From Candidatus Saccharimonas aalborgensis (GTDB lineage Bacteria > Patescibacteriota > Saccharimonadia > Saccharimonadales > Saccharimonadaceae), in contig NC_021219.1 in NCBI RefSeq assembly GCF_000392435.1, positions 930,001 through 962,000 of the forward strand: a DNA stretch of 32,000 nucleotides, written 5' to 3'. The notes under the pieces were generated by a model, which had not been told where the DNA came from, did no database searches, and worked only from the letters and a program-made list of their open reading frames with translations. Both the position numbers and the translations under genes were made by a program. How positions within the stretch are numbered: the stretch's first letter is position 1; every line of letters starts with the position of its first letter. Of this stretch, positions 1-8,660 are shown in pieces.

Positions 1-457
1 CTGCAAACAATAACCAGACGGCGACAAATGTGTGCATGATTCCTGGAGTGCCGTCTTGTACCAAAAAGAGAAACTGTGTCGAGGTAACAGCGATGATCGT
101 CCCAAACACGGCGACATTTCGGCGGAACCAGGTGCTTAGCAGTAAAAAGAGGCCCAATACCGTTCCAACACCGAGGATCAGCGAGGGCAGTTTGATCGTA
201 AAGGTCGACACACCAAAGATATTGAAGATGACGCGTTGCAATACATGATATGGAAGATCGATAACCATCGACGGAGACAGAGACTTGATAGAGAGCGAGC
301 CGCTCTGAACACTCGAGGTAAGTTCGGCTTCACGCAGTTCACCAGGTACATAAAAGCTTGCGATGAACAGTACAACTCCGACGCAGACGATCAAGAAACC
401 GTAGCTGACAATATATCGCCAGCGGTAAATCAAAAAATCGGTGACGCGAACTCGCAT
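1..457 (-). CDS. Partial membrane protein (C-terminus off left edge), possibly ArnT/PMT-like glycosyltransferase N-terminus
   Basis: Not in ORF track. Minus-strand frame from ATG at 457 stays open to base 1: MRVRVTDFLIYRWRYIVSYGFLIVCVGVVLFIASFYVPGELREAEL...LPYHVLQRVIFNIFGVSTFTIKLPSLILGVGTVLGLFLLLSTWFRRNVAVFGTII... Clear TM helices; 'LPYHVLQRVIFNIFGVSTFTIKLPSLILGVG' resembles the ArnT/PMT N-terminal region. Confidence 0.7.
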   Translation of the reverse strand, partial: MRVRVTDFLIYRWRYIVSYGFLIVCVGVVLFIASFYVPGELREAELTSSVQSGSLSIKSLSPSMVIDLPYHVLQRVIFNIFGVSTFTIKLPSLILGVGTVLGLFLLLSTWFRRNVAVFGTIIAVTSTQFLFLVQDGTPGIMHTFVAVWLLFA

Positions 458-501
458 AGATATCACCAGTATATCACGAATACCAAATGGGCTTAAGCGG
501 C

Positions 502-1851
502 TTAGTCCCGACGTTTGTCGAGTGACATAAAGCGTAGCCGCTCAGGGTGGAAGTAGAGCTGGATCTTACCGACAGGTCCGTTTCGATGTTTGGCGATAAT
601 CAGATCGGTGATATTTTGGACGTCGACATTGTCCGGCTCATAATACCCAGGACGATAAATAAATGACACGATGTCGGCATCTTGCTCGATAGAACCAGAC
701 TCGCGCAGGTCGCTAAGCTGCGGAATGGGCGGATTGCGACTTTCGACCGAACGGCTCAACTGGCTAATTGCAATGAGCGGGACATTGAGCTCACGAGCAA
801 TGAGCTTGAGCCCACGGCTGATTTCGCTCACCTCTTGAACACGGTTACCAGCATAGTTGCCATTTGTCTGCATCAACTGCAAATAGTCGACGATGATGAG
901 CCCGAGGGGCTGATCGTGCGCGGCGCGGCGAGCTTTGGTGCGCATCTCGAGCACCGAAAGTCCGGGCGTATCATCGATAAAAATCGGTGCTTCCGCCATC
1001 TCCCCCATCGCTTCGCTGATTTTGCTAAAATCTTCGTCGCTCAGGTTGCCGGTACGAATATTCCAGCTATCAACCCCACTAGCGTCGGCGAGCATACGGT
1101 CGATGAGCTGCTCTTTACTCATCTCGAGACTAAAGAAAAGTACCGGAAGCTTTGCAATGGTCGCCACATTATAGGCAAGATTGGTGACCAATGTCGTTTT
1201 TCCCATAGCTGGTCGAGCGGCAATAATAACGAGATCACTGCGTTGCAACCCGGCTGTCATGTTGTCGAGATCACGATAGCCGGTGCGAATGCCGCGAAGC
1301 TGACCTTTGTTGCGGTGAAGCTCTTCGATACGGTCAAAACTTTCGGTCAAAATACTCTCGATACTCACCAGGTCTTGCTTGAGTGATTGATCGCTGACGC
1401 TAAATAACTCAGCTTCGGCTTTTTCGAGCAGTTCCTCAGTGGTTGTCTCTTCATCATAGCCAAGTTCGGAAATATCGGCACTGGCTTTTATGAGGCGTCG
1501 ACGGACGGCTTTTTGGGCGACGAGTTCGGCGTAGGCGGCGGCGTGTGCAGCAGTTGGGACGTAGTTTGTGAGTTCAGAAAGATAGGCAGAGCCGCCAACT
1601 GCTTCGAGCTGGTCTTTTTTGCGTAGTTCCTCGGTGAGTGTCAGTAGGTCAACGGGTTTGTGCCGTTCATAGAGTCGCATCATCGCGCCAAAAATGGTGG
1701 CGTGACGCTTGTCATAGAAATCCTTTGGGGTAACGTGCTCAGAAATATCGGCCAGAACTTCTTCATCAATCAAGACTGCGCCAATCAAACTCATCTCCGC
1801 ATCGAGATTTTGCGGGGGGACTTTTCCAGCACTGACCTCTTTTTTAGCCAT
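502..1851 (-). CDS. dnaB: Replicative DNA helicase DnaB
   Basis: 449 aa; PPQNLDAEMSLIGAVLIDE N-terminus, Walker A AARPAMGKTTLVTN, IVDYLQLM, SQLSRSVESR, SDLRESGSIEQDAD. Confidence 0.97.
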   Translation of the reverse strand: MAKKEVSAGKVPPQNLDAEMSLIGAVLIDEEVLADISEHVTPKDFYDKRHATIFGAMMRLYERHKPVDLLTLTEELRKKDQLEAVGGSAYLSELTNYVPTAAHAAAYAELVAQKAVRRRLIKASADISELGYDEETTTEELLEKAEAELFSVSDQSLKQDLVSIESILTESFDRIEELHRNKGQLRGIRTGYRDLDNMTAGLQRSDLVIIAARPAMGKTTLVTNLAYNVATIAKLPVLFFSLEMSKEQLIDRMLADASGVDSWNIRTGNLSDEDFSKISEAMGEMAEAPIFIDDTPGLSVLEMRTKARRAAHDQPLGLIIVDYLQLMQTNGNYAGNRVQEVSEISRGLKLIARELNVPLIAISQLSRSVESRNPPIPQLSDLRESGSIEQDADIVSFIYRPGYYEPDNVDVQNITDLIIAKHRNGPVGKIQLYFHPERLRFMSLDKRRD

Positions 1852-3238
1852 CGACTGATACCTCTTCTCCTCCCCCCATCATAGCAACAATAGCTGCGGT
1901 CTGGCCATCTTTGGGGGGTTTTGCGTTGGGGCTAATGACAATGTCGTGATCAGAAAGCTTCATTTGTTCGAGGATTTCCGCAAAAACCGGCAGTGATTTT
2001 TCGAGTTGTTTTTTGTTGAATTCGCGGCCCGCGTAGAGAGTGAATGTATTTGCCGAGAGATCATACCCAGCCTTGCCGAGAAGGCTATATGCTCCCGGAG
2101 CCTTGTCTTTTACTCGCTCGAGGAATGAATCCCACTGAAACGACGACGAAACGGCTGGTGGTTCTCGCTCCGCAGGCGGCTTTTGGGACTCTTTTTGGGC
2201 TGGTTGAGCTGTATCAACAGGAGGCAACTTCCCTAACGTTGATGAGTGTGATGGTGTCGGTAATGTCGTAACTTTGGGACTGCTTTTCGGGGGTTGGCTG
2301 CTCATATCAGCTGTTAGCGCGGTAAGGAGTTTTATGTACGGCCAGGCACTTCGTCGCACTTCCAACAGACGATCTAGTAGAGGAAGGAGTGACGGCTGAT
2401 CGATAATATGCTGGCGGAGGGCAGCGATGAGCTGATCTGCCAAGATAACTGCGGGTGTACCGTAGGCCTCAGTGTGATCAACAAGCGCGACGATTTTCCC
2501 GAGGTCATCCTCCGCGTAGGCGTTGAGTAACTGGGTCACGATATCACTGTCGGCCAGGCCCAGCACCCGCTCGACAATCTCGCGGCTAATGCTTTCATCA
2601 CTTGCGTGGCGTAGTTGGTCGAGCAAACTGACACTATTGCGAAAACTACCGTCACTCCGCTCAGCAATAAGGCTCAGGGCATCGTCATCGATAGCAATAC
2701 CCTCGGCGTCCGCAATCGTCCGCAGGTGCTTTGCATTGTCAGCAGGAATCGCCGCCCGAAAGTTGAAGCGCTGGACACGACTCAGTATGGTGGCCGGCAG
2801 TTTGTCAACATCGGTCGTTGCCAAGATAAAAACGACATGCTCAGGGGGTTCCTCGAGCGTCTTGAGCAGGGCGTTAAATGCCGATTTACTGAGCATATGA
2901 ACTTCGTCAATGATATAAATCTTTTTTTCGGCACTACTCGGGGCTATTTGGACTCGCTCACGTAGGTCGCGGATATCCTCGACACTGTTGTTGCTGGCGG
3001 CATCAATTTCGACAATATCGAGGTGTGAAGATTCGTCGCTATAGGGCAATTTGTTGATTTCGTGTGCGAGAATACGCGCGATTGAGGTCTTGCCAACTCC
3101 CTTTGGTCCGGTGAGCAGGTAGGCGTGTGCGATGCGGTTTGCATCAATAGCCCGCTTCAAAATAGCGGTAATGTGTGATTGCCCGATGATTTCATCGAGC
3201 GATCGTGAACGGTATTTACGATATAACGCCTGCCCCAT
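1844..3238 (-). CDS. dnaX: DNA polymerase III subunit gamma/tau
   Basis: ORF 1844..3268; likely start MGQALYRKYRSRSLDEIIGQ at 3238. Walker A GPKGVGKTSIARI, IYIIDEVHMLS, ALLKTLEEPPEHVVFILATT. Confidence 0.96.
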   Translation of the reverse strand: MGQALYRKYRSRSLDEIIGQSHITAILKRAIDANRIAHAYLLTGPKGVGKTSIARILAHEINKLPYSDESSHLDIVEIDAASNNSVEDIRDLRERVQIAPSSAEKKIYIIDEVHMLSKSAFNALLKTLEEPPEHVVFILATTDVDKLPATILSRVQRFNFRAAIPADNAKHLRTIADAEGIAIDDDALSLIAERSDGSFRNSVSLLDQLRHASDESISREIVERVLGLADSDIVTQLLNAYAEDDLGKIVALVDHTEAYGTPAVILADQLIAALRQHIIDQPSLLPLLDRLLEVRRSAWPYIKLLTALTADMSSQPPKSSPKVTTLPTPSHSSTLGKLPPVDTAQPAQKESQKPPAEREPPAVSSSFQWDSFLERVKDKAPGAYSLLGKAGYDLSANTFTLYAGREFNKKQLEKSLPVFAEILEQMKLSDHDIVISPNAKPPKDGQTAAIVAMMGGGEEVSVDG

Positions 3239-3289
3239 TAAGTCTATTTTAGCGTGAATTGTCACCAAATGCTGTTGTAGTTTTCTACC

Positions 3290-3925
3290 CTACGTGATTT
3301 CCGATAGATAATGGCTTCGACAGAGAGCCGAATAGGTGGCTTCAATCCCGTCGATGGCTTTTTGTGGGCCCTCGGTCGTCACGATGCCGTTTACCAACCG
3401 CGCGTTGACCACGGCAACTTGCCCACAGCCGCCGCGCTCACAGGCAGAGGCGATCTGTATTTTGCGATCAGCCCATTTCAACAGTGCGGCACTGCCAGGA
3501 AACAGCTCGCCGCGGAAATCGTTGAGAAGACCATAGGCCTCGATCGTGGCAATATCGGCATCAACGACCCCTGTTGCCAATTGCTTCACTTGCTCTGGTG
3601 AGAGAAACTGAGCCTCATCGACATAGATCAGCCAGGGGTGTTCCCAGACAGCGCTGGCCCCCAGGCGATTTGCGATTTCGCGTCGCAAAAATTCACCCGC
3701 GTCACCTTTCTCGGGGATTAGGAGTGCCGGTGCTTCCATGCCACCAGCGATGCGGGATTGGATACGAGTTCCGGCTTTACTATCTCCCTCTGGTTTCGCA
3801 ATGATGGTATTCCAGCCGCTATCACGTTTGCGATATTCATCGAGTAGTATCTCGGCAGTTTTGCCCCCTGCCATGGTGCTAAAGTGAAAGTTTAATTCAT
3901 GATGTCGACGTGGTCGTCCCGGCAT
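3290..3925 (-). CDS. tdk: Thymidine kinase
   Basis: MPGRPRRHHELNFHFSTMAGGKTAEILLDEYRKRD plus IYVDEAQFLSPEQVKQL; C-terminal cysteine motif CGGCGQVAV. Confidence 0.88.
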   Translation of the reverse strand: MPGRPRRHHELNFHFSTMAGGKTAEILLDEYRKRDSGWNTIIAKPEGDSKAGTRIQSRIAGGMEAPALLIPEKGDAGEFLRREIANRLGASAVWEHPWLIYVDEAQFLSPEQVKQLATGVVDADIATIEAYGLLNDFRGELFPGSAALLKWADRKIQIASACERGGCGQVAVVNARLVNGIVTTEGPQKAIDGIEATYSALCRSHYLSEIT

Positions 3926-4003
3926 AACACCTCTCCCTACTCTCTTTGTCTATAACTTATTTTAGTATAGCGTACCCGCATGCTTCGCTTCGGCGTAGAT
4001 TTT

Positions 4004-4082
4004 ACAATACGAAAAAGGCCACCGAAATGGCTCAGGCTGAGATGCTCATACTAAGCTATCTCGGCGAACCTTTTTCGGTGGC
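4004..4082 (-). repeat. Copy 1 of a 79-nt structured direct repeat, terminator-like on the minus strand
   Basis: acaatacgaaaaaggccaccgaaatggctcaggctgagatgctcatactaagctatctcggcgaacctttttcggtggc; 78/79 identical to 4462..4540. Outer stem CCACCGAAA/TTTCGGTGG followed by CC-T5 on the minus strand. Confidence 0.92.
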
Positions 4083-4083
4083 T

Positions 4084-4308
4084 CTAGAAGAACGTCCAGG
4101 AGGCCATGGCCTCCAGCCACTGCCAGCGGGTGGAGAAGATGAATCCCCACAGGGTGGTGATGAGGAAGGCGTCGGCAATCGCCGTAACGGCGAAGCCGAA
4201 CACCCCCAGATCACCCCCCTCGGCTGCTCCGCCACCCGCGAAGCAGATGATGAGTGCCATGAGAACGATCCAGAACAGCGGGTGGTTGATCAAAATCAGG
4301 ACGAGCAT
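4084..4308 (-). CDS. Small hydrophobic (membrane) protein
   Basis: ORF 4084..4398; preferred start MLVLILINHPLFWIVLMALIICFAGGG... at 4308, behind AGGAGAGG; 74 aa with two hydrophobic stretches. Confidence 0.6.
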   Translation of the reverse strand: MLVLILINHPLFWIVLMALIICFAGGGAAEGGDLGVFGFAVTAIADAFLITTLWGFIFSTRWQWLEAMASWTFF

Positions 4309-4461
4309 GTGCCTCTCCTTACGACGACGGGTCAAGCAAGGACGATCATTGTCATTATAGCATAAGCTATAATTTTTGTCAAGTACTATACCTTCCACAT
4401 GGGTTACTATTACCTGTGGAGATTCTTTTGGAGATCTAATGTAAAATTCAGCGTATATCTC

Positions 4462-4540
4462 ACAATACGAAAAAGGCCACCGAAATGGCTCAGGCTGAGA
4501 TGCTCATACTGAGCTATCTCGGCGAACCTTTTTCGGTGGC
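4462..4540 (-). repeat. Copy 2 of the 79-nt structured direct repeat
   Basis: Same sequence as 4004..4082 except a->g in ctGAGC, giving a perfect inner hairpin GAGAT-GCTCA-tac-TGAGC-t-ATCTC. Confidence 0.92.
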
Positions 4541-4557
4541 ACGTCAGAGTATGACGA

Positions 4558-4719
4558 CTATCGCCGACTGCGGTCTTTTAGCGATGCTGTGATTGTCGCC
4601 ACAGCTCCCGCGCATCCTATGCCAATGATGATTGGCGCAGGGTTACCGGTAATCAAGCTAACCGCTAGCAAAACAGCTAGGGCTAGGATACCGATTACGG
4701 TCAAGACGCTCATTCTCAT
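4558..4719 (-). CDS. Small membrane protein
   Basis: ORF 4558..4752; start MRMSVLTVIGILALAVLLAVSLITGNPAPIIIGIG at 4719, behind GGGAGG; two hydrophobic segments and KDRSRR tail. Confidence 0.5.
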   Translation of the reverse strand: MRMSVLTVIGILALAVLLAVSLITGNPAPIIIGIGCAGAVATITASLKDRSRR

Positions 4720-4812
4720 GCCGACAGACCTCCCTTCAAAAAAAGTCCTCAATGTGACGTGAATATCATATACAATAGCTATATGTTTGTCAATTTCTGA
4801 TAAATATAGTAG

Positions 4813-5328
4813 CTACAGTGCCGCTTCAACCGCCGCCCAGGTTGCGTCGGGATTATCCTCGGGGATGATGATAGTTACTTGGTCGCCGATATTGATGCGG
4901 AAGTACGTCACGCTAGCGAGCAAGATACGGTATTCTCTGGCTTGAGCCTCGACATAGTAGGCGCCATCGTGTTGTGTGAGGGTGCCGATGATTTGTTTAC
5001 GAGGGATCGGGCCGATTTGTTTGTAGATAAAACCGCCATCGTCTGCGATGGTAAGTTTTAGGATGTCACCTTCAACGAGCTTTGATTTGCTTGCGTAGTT
5101 TGCTGGTACGGGGTAGCTCTTGCCGTCGGGACCGATCATAACCTGTCCATCAAAGACACCTTCAACTACTTTACCACTCACTTCCTCGCGGCTGTTGGTT
5201 GGTGTGACGACACTACCGTCATCACCGATGATGCTGATGAGGAGCTCTTTGGCGGCGGCAAGGTTTGTTTCCGCCTCTGTAATAAGCGACTTTAGTCGCT
5301 TGACTTGTTTTTCTGGTAACTCAGACAT
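4813..5328 (-). CDS. Conserved-looking hypothetical, 171 aa, N-terminal coiled coil and beta-rich body
   Basis: Full-length ORF MSELPEKQVKRLKSLITEAETNLAAAKELL...; consensus promoter upstream at 5375..5403. Confidence 0.65.
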   Translation of the reverse strand: MSELPEKQVKRLKSLITEAETNLAAAKELLISIIGDDGSVVTPTNSREEVSGKVVEGVFDGQVMIGPDGKSYPVPANYASKSKLVEGDILKLTIADDGGFIYKQIGPIPRKQIIGTLTQHDGAYYVEAQAREYRILLASVTYFRINIGDQVTIIIPEDNPDATWAAVEAAL

Positions 5329-5374
5329 ATTAGTTCTCGCAATCCTTGTCTGTTTTGGGTAGTAATACCCTCAT

Positions 5375-5403
5375 TATATACTGCGCGGAGCGCGTAGTGT
5401 CAA
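5375..5403 (-). promoter_or_regulatory. Sigma70-like promoter for the 4813..5328 gene
   Basis: On minus strand: TTGACA-17 nt-TATATA (TATAAT also present with 19-nt spacing); 5' of ORF start 5328. Confidence 0.65.
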
Positions 5404-5578
5404 GACTTTTTCTTTCCACAGGCTACTGAGAGGTCGTGTAGATTTCGTTGTAATAAACACCATACATGATGTATTACAAATAAGTGAATGCTGCTTCTAC
5501 CGGTGTATCTATACACAAACTACCCCGCATAGTGCAGGGTAGTTGAGAACAAAACAATGATGGTCGAATACGTGTGAC

Positions 5579-5962
5579 TTAGGCGAGCTCGACAGTAGCG
5601 CCGGCTTCTTCAAGGGCTTTTTTAGCCGTCTCAGCTTCGTCTTTGCTTGCTTTTTCTTTGATGGGGCTTGGTGCGTTGTCGACAAGTGCTTTTGCCTCGC
5701 CAAGTCCAAGACCAGTGATTTCTTTGACTGCCTTGATGACAGCAACTTTTTGAGCACCAGCATCCTTGAGGGTGACGGTGAATTCAGTTTTTTCGTCAGC
5801 AGCGGCACCTGCATCACTACCGGCAACTGGGCCAGCGGCAACGGCAACTGCAGCAGCAGCTGGCTCAATGCCATAGTCGTCTTTGAGGATATTTTTGAGT
5901 TCGTTTACTTCGAGGACCGTGAGCTTTGTCAGCTCCTCGGCCAATTTCTTTACATCTGCCAT
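5579..5962 (-). CDS. rplL: 50S ribosomal protein L7/L12
   Basis: [34 protein letters not shown]...[47 protein letters not shown]. Confidence 0.98.
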   Translation of the reverse strand: MADVKKLAEELTKLTVLEVNELKNILKDDYGIEPAAAAVAVAAGPVAGSDAGAAADEKTEFTVTLKDAGAQKVAVIKAVKEITGLGLGEAKALVDNAPSPIKEKASKDEAETAKKALEEAGATVELA

Positions 5963-6013
5963 AACAGAGTTCTCCTTATCGTTTTATTCTGGTAATTCGT
6001 TTGGTAAGTGAAT

Positions 6014-6538
6014 CTACGCGGTCGCTTTTGCCTCAATACCATCGAGAAGCGCATGGAGGTTGCCTGAAAGCGCGTTGGTAACATCGTGTACCGGAGAAAG
6101 TAGCTGAGCTACGACTTCGGCAATCAACTGATGTTTGCTTGGTAGGCTTGCAAGTGCAGTGACATCGGCGCTGCCCTGGGCAATACCCTCGCCACTGAAA
6201 CCGGCGACTAATTCAAGAGCCGGATGAGTTTTTGCAAACTCGTGCAATACCTTTGCGGGCATGACTTCGTCGTCAGTGCTAAATGCATAGAGCAGTTGAC
6301 CAACAAGCGCACTGGTGTCAGCGTTCTTGTAGATGTCCTGTGAGCCCATTGCGACACGGACGAGGCGGTTTTTGACAACCTTGATGGTAACGCCTGCTTC
6401 GCGAGCAGCACGCCGCAAGTCTTGGAGGTCTGCGACGCTGATGCTTTGGTACTTGGCAACAGCTGTCCCCTTCGCATTTGCGAAAAGCTGACTCATTTCA
6501 CTTACCAAAGCTTGTTTCTTGTCTTTAGAAATTGCCAT
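6014..6538 (-). CDS. rplJ: 50S ribosomal protein L10
   Basis: ORF 6014..6571; start MAISKDKKQALVSEMSQLFANAKGTAVAKYQSISVADLQDLRR at 6538; immediately upstream of rplL. Confidence 0.95.
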   Translation of the reverse strand: MAISKDKKQALVSEMSQLFANAKGTAVAKYQSISVADLQDLRRAAREAGVTIKVVKNRLVRVAMGSQDIYKNADTSALVGQLLYAFSTDDEVMPAKVLHEFAKTHPALELVAGFSGEGIAQGSADVTALASLPSKHQLIAEVVAQLLSPVHDVTNALSGNLHALLDGIEAKATA

Positions 6539-6655
6539 GTGAGTGGTCAATCCTTTCAGAAGTAAGATCATCTCCGATGATTGTTATTGAGCAATCACGA
6601 CGAGATCATACGTATTAGCTTTGATATTTTTCGACCATATTGTTAAGTTACGATA

Positions 6656-6781
6656 ACCTAAATCTCATCAATTCCCCACTCCAGACAACCGGCCCGCCGC
6701 TAACTAAATCAGCCTTCGCTCTTGGCGGGCCTTGGCCCATCAGGGCCAACTGTCTGTCGGGGGAAGTGTTGAGATTTAGGT
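6656..6781. repeat. Copy 1 of a three-copy GC-rich structured element (three-way-junction-like)
   Basis: Outer arms ACCTAAATCTCA / TGAGATTTAGGT perfectly complementary; TTCCCC/GGGGAA; CAGACA/TGTCTG; GGCCCGCC/GGCGGGCC; TTGGCCC-ATCA-GGGCCAA. Confidence 0.9.
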
Positions 6782-6952
6782 ACGACATTCAGGTAATGAA
6801 CTAAAAAAGCTTTGGTTCATCACCAAAGACTTGCGGAAAAAGATGAATTTCCCCTCGGTAGCGAATTAAGCAATTTCTTGCAGCCACTGTCTTTAGGTAA
6901 TGTCTAATTTCTAGTATAGCATGGACGGAGCTACTTTTCAAGTTGCAAAAAC

Positions 6953-7075
6953 CCCGAGTCTCATCACCTCCCCACTCCAGACAACCGGCCCGCCGCTAAC
7001 TACATTAGCCTTCGCCTTGGCGGGCCTTGGCCCATCAGGGCCAACTGTCTGTCGGAGGAGGGGTTGAGAGTCGGG
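6953..7075. repeat. Copy 2 of the three-copy GC-rich structured element
   Basis: Same core as 6656..6781; outer arms CCCGAGTCTCA / TGAGAGTCGGG (one mismatch), different in sequence from copy 1 but still paired. Confidence 0.9.
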
Positions 7076-7104
7076 TGAAATATATGCTATACTACCACTT
7101 AGAA

Positions 7105-8037
7105 ATGAGTGCAAGTCGACCAAGCTCCCCAGAGGAGCCACTCCCTCGTTTTTTTCCGAATTCTGCTCCGGAGACGGTAAAAGATGTCATGCGCTCCCCC
7201 TTGGTGCTCGATAAACCACCCTTTAAATATCACCACTTATCGCCGACACCACTTGATCCTCATCTCCTCCAGATCAAAGGCGGACCTCGCTATAACGAAC
7301 ATGCATTGACGTATATGGTTGATGCACCGCGTCAGGTGAGTATGAGTCGATTTGCTTCAGATGAGCAGATAACCTCATGGATAGCCTATCGTCTTGCAAC
7401 GGTGCCAAAAGGAAACATTGATAGCCTGGGTTCCGATGTCGTAGATACGACGTGGTTATCGGTTCTCTCGGAGATTATGGCTCAACATGAGCTCAAACAG
7501 CATCGTAATGATGCAGCGGTGCGGCTGCTTTTTGATGATACGACCCCTATTACTCAAGATGAAGCCGAAGAACTGATGCAGATCAGGGCGGGTATTGCCA
7601 CGCCAGAAGTAATCCTCAGGTTTTTTGCTCAGCATCCCGAACTTGGCGGCGTGGAACTGATGAAAGCAACCCGTGCCTTGCAACCGGAACAAATACGGCA
7701 GGCAAGAGATGAGTTTTTGGGTATGCTGGCCACATCATCGGAGACACTCGACATTGAGTTTCTCGACGAGCCTCCCTATCGTCGTATCCAGATTGAAGAC
7801 CCGAGAATTATCGTGCTCAAGACTCGGCTGGCGACTGTGGCATACAACGGCACGCTGATGGAAGTTGTGATGCGCGATAGCGGCGTGATTCTTGATCAAG
7901 CTCAAGACGACCTTACTACCTCCTACATAACAGGCCGAGACGAGGAGGGGCATCCTCTCGTGTGTGTCGCGCCCATCGCCATCACTGCTTACGCAAGGAT
8001 AGCGGCGGTACAGGTTCAGGATGAAGCGAGTAGTTGA
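7105..8037 (+). CDS. Hypothetical protein
   Basis: ORF 7027..8037; first plausible start MSASRPSSPEEPLPRFFPNSAPETVKDVMRSP at 7105; the track start would run through the structured element. No recognised domain. Confidence 0.7.
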   Translation: MSASRPSSPEEPLPRFFPNSAPETVKDVMRSPLVLDKPPFKYHHLSPTPLDPHLLQIKGGPRYNEHALTYMVDAPRQVSMSRFASDEQITSWIAYRLATVPKGNIDSLGSDVVDTTWLSVLSEIMAQHELKQHRNDAAVRLLFDDTTPITQDEAEELMQIRAGIATPEVILRFFAQHPELGGVELMKATRALQPEQIRQARDEFLGMLATSSETLDIEFLDEPPYRRIQIEDPRIIVLKTRLATVAYNGTLMEVVMRDSGVILDQAQDDLTTSYITGRDEEGHPLVCVAPIAITAYARIAAVQVQDEASS

Positions 8038-8660
8038 GATTTTTCTAAACGACCGACGATATCGCTGTGAATAGCCTCGATGGAACGGCTAGCGTCGAGT
8101 AGAGGAATCTCAAACTCTTTGGCGATTTGTCGATACCCTCCTTGGACACGTGTCTGAAAATCCGTTGTTTTTGACTCAAAGGTATCTGGTTTTGCGAGTT
8201 TGCCCCGGCTTGCGATACGTTTTTGACGTGCGGCAATGTCATCAAATGCTAACACAACACTGAAATCGGGCGACATATACTGCTTATCGGTGAACGTTGC
8301 AGTGATAGCCGAAATAATTGACAGATCCATGCCCTCTCCGTAGCCCTGAAATGCCAACGTTGACCAGTAGTTACGGGTGCAAATTACCCATGTGCCGCGT
8401 TTGAGCGCGGGTCGGATGACCGCATGCCATAGCTCGTGGCGATTTGCAGTGAAGAGCAAAGTATTTGTCATAGGAGTTCGCGGCAACGTTGCATCTAAGA
8501 TCACACCCCGAATGGCTTCGGCAACGGGTGAGCCGCCTGGTTCCTTGATATGAATTGTATCTATGCCGCGTGAATGGAGATAGGTGGCAAGTAGATCGGC
8601 CTGCGTCGTTTTACCAGTGCCATCTTGACCTTCGATCACAATGTAACGTCCTGCTTTCAC
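8016..8660 (-). CDS. tmk: Thymidylate kinase
   Basis: MKAGRYIVIEGQDGTGKTTQADLLATYLHSRGIDTIHIKEPGGSPVAEAIRGVIL; P-loop and EPGG motif. Confidence 0.93.
   Translation of the reverse strand: MKAGRYIVIEGQDGTGKTTQADLLATYLHSRGIDTIHIKEPGGSPVAEAIRGVILDATLPRTPMTNTLLFTANRHELWHAVIRPALKRGTWVICTRNYWSTLAFQGYGEGMDLSIISAITATFTDKQYMSPDFSVVLAFDDIAARQKRIASRGKLAKPDTFESKTTDFQTRVQGGYRQIAKEFEIPLLDASRSIEAIHSDIVGRLEKSQLLASS

Noticed and set aside
236-496. Plus-strand 86-aa ORF and minus 178..375 ORF
   Set aside because: The minus-strand frame from 457 to the window edge encodes a coherent membrane protein; these are alternative-frame shadows.
682-1386. Plus-strand 234-aa ORF
   Set aside because: Fully antisense to dnaB, whose motifs are unambiguous; shadow ORF.
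2044-3147. Multiple small ORFs opposite or within dnaX
   Set aside because: Low-complexity shadow frames of a well-supported dnaX.
6656-6781. Considered the three-copy element as a tRNA or simple terminator
   Set aside because: No anticodon/T-arm consensus and no terminal U-run; the three nested or adjacent stems plus long outer arms exceed a terminator.
6938-7141. 67-aa minus ORF over structured-element copy 2
   Set aside because: Lies on the repeated GC-rich element; the repeat is better explained by structure than by coding.
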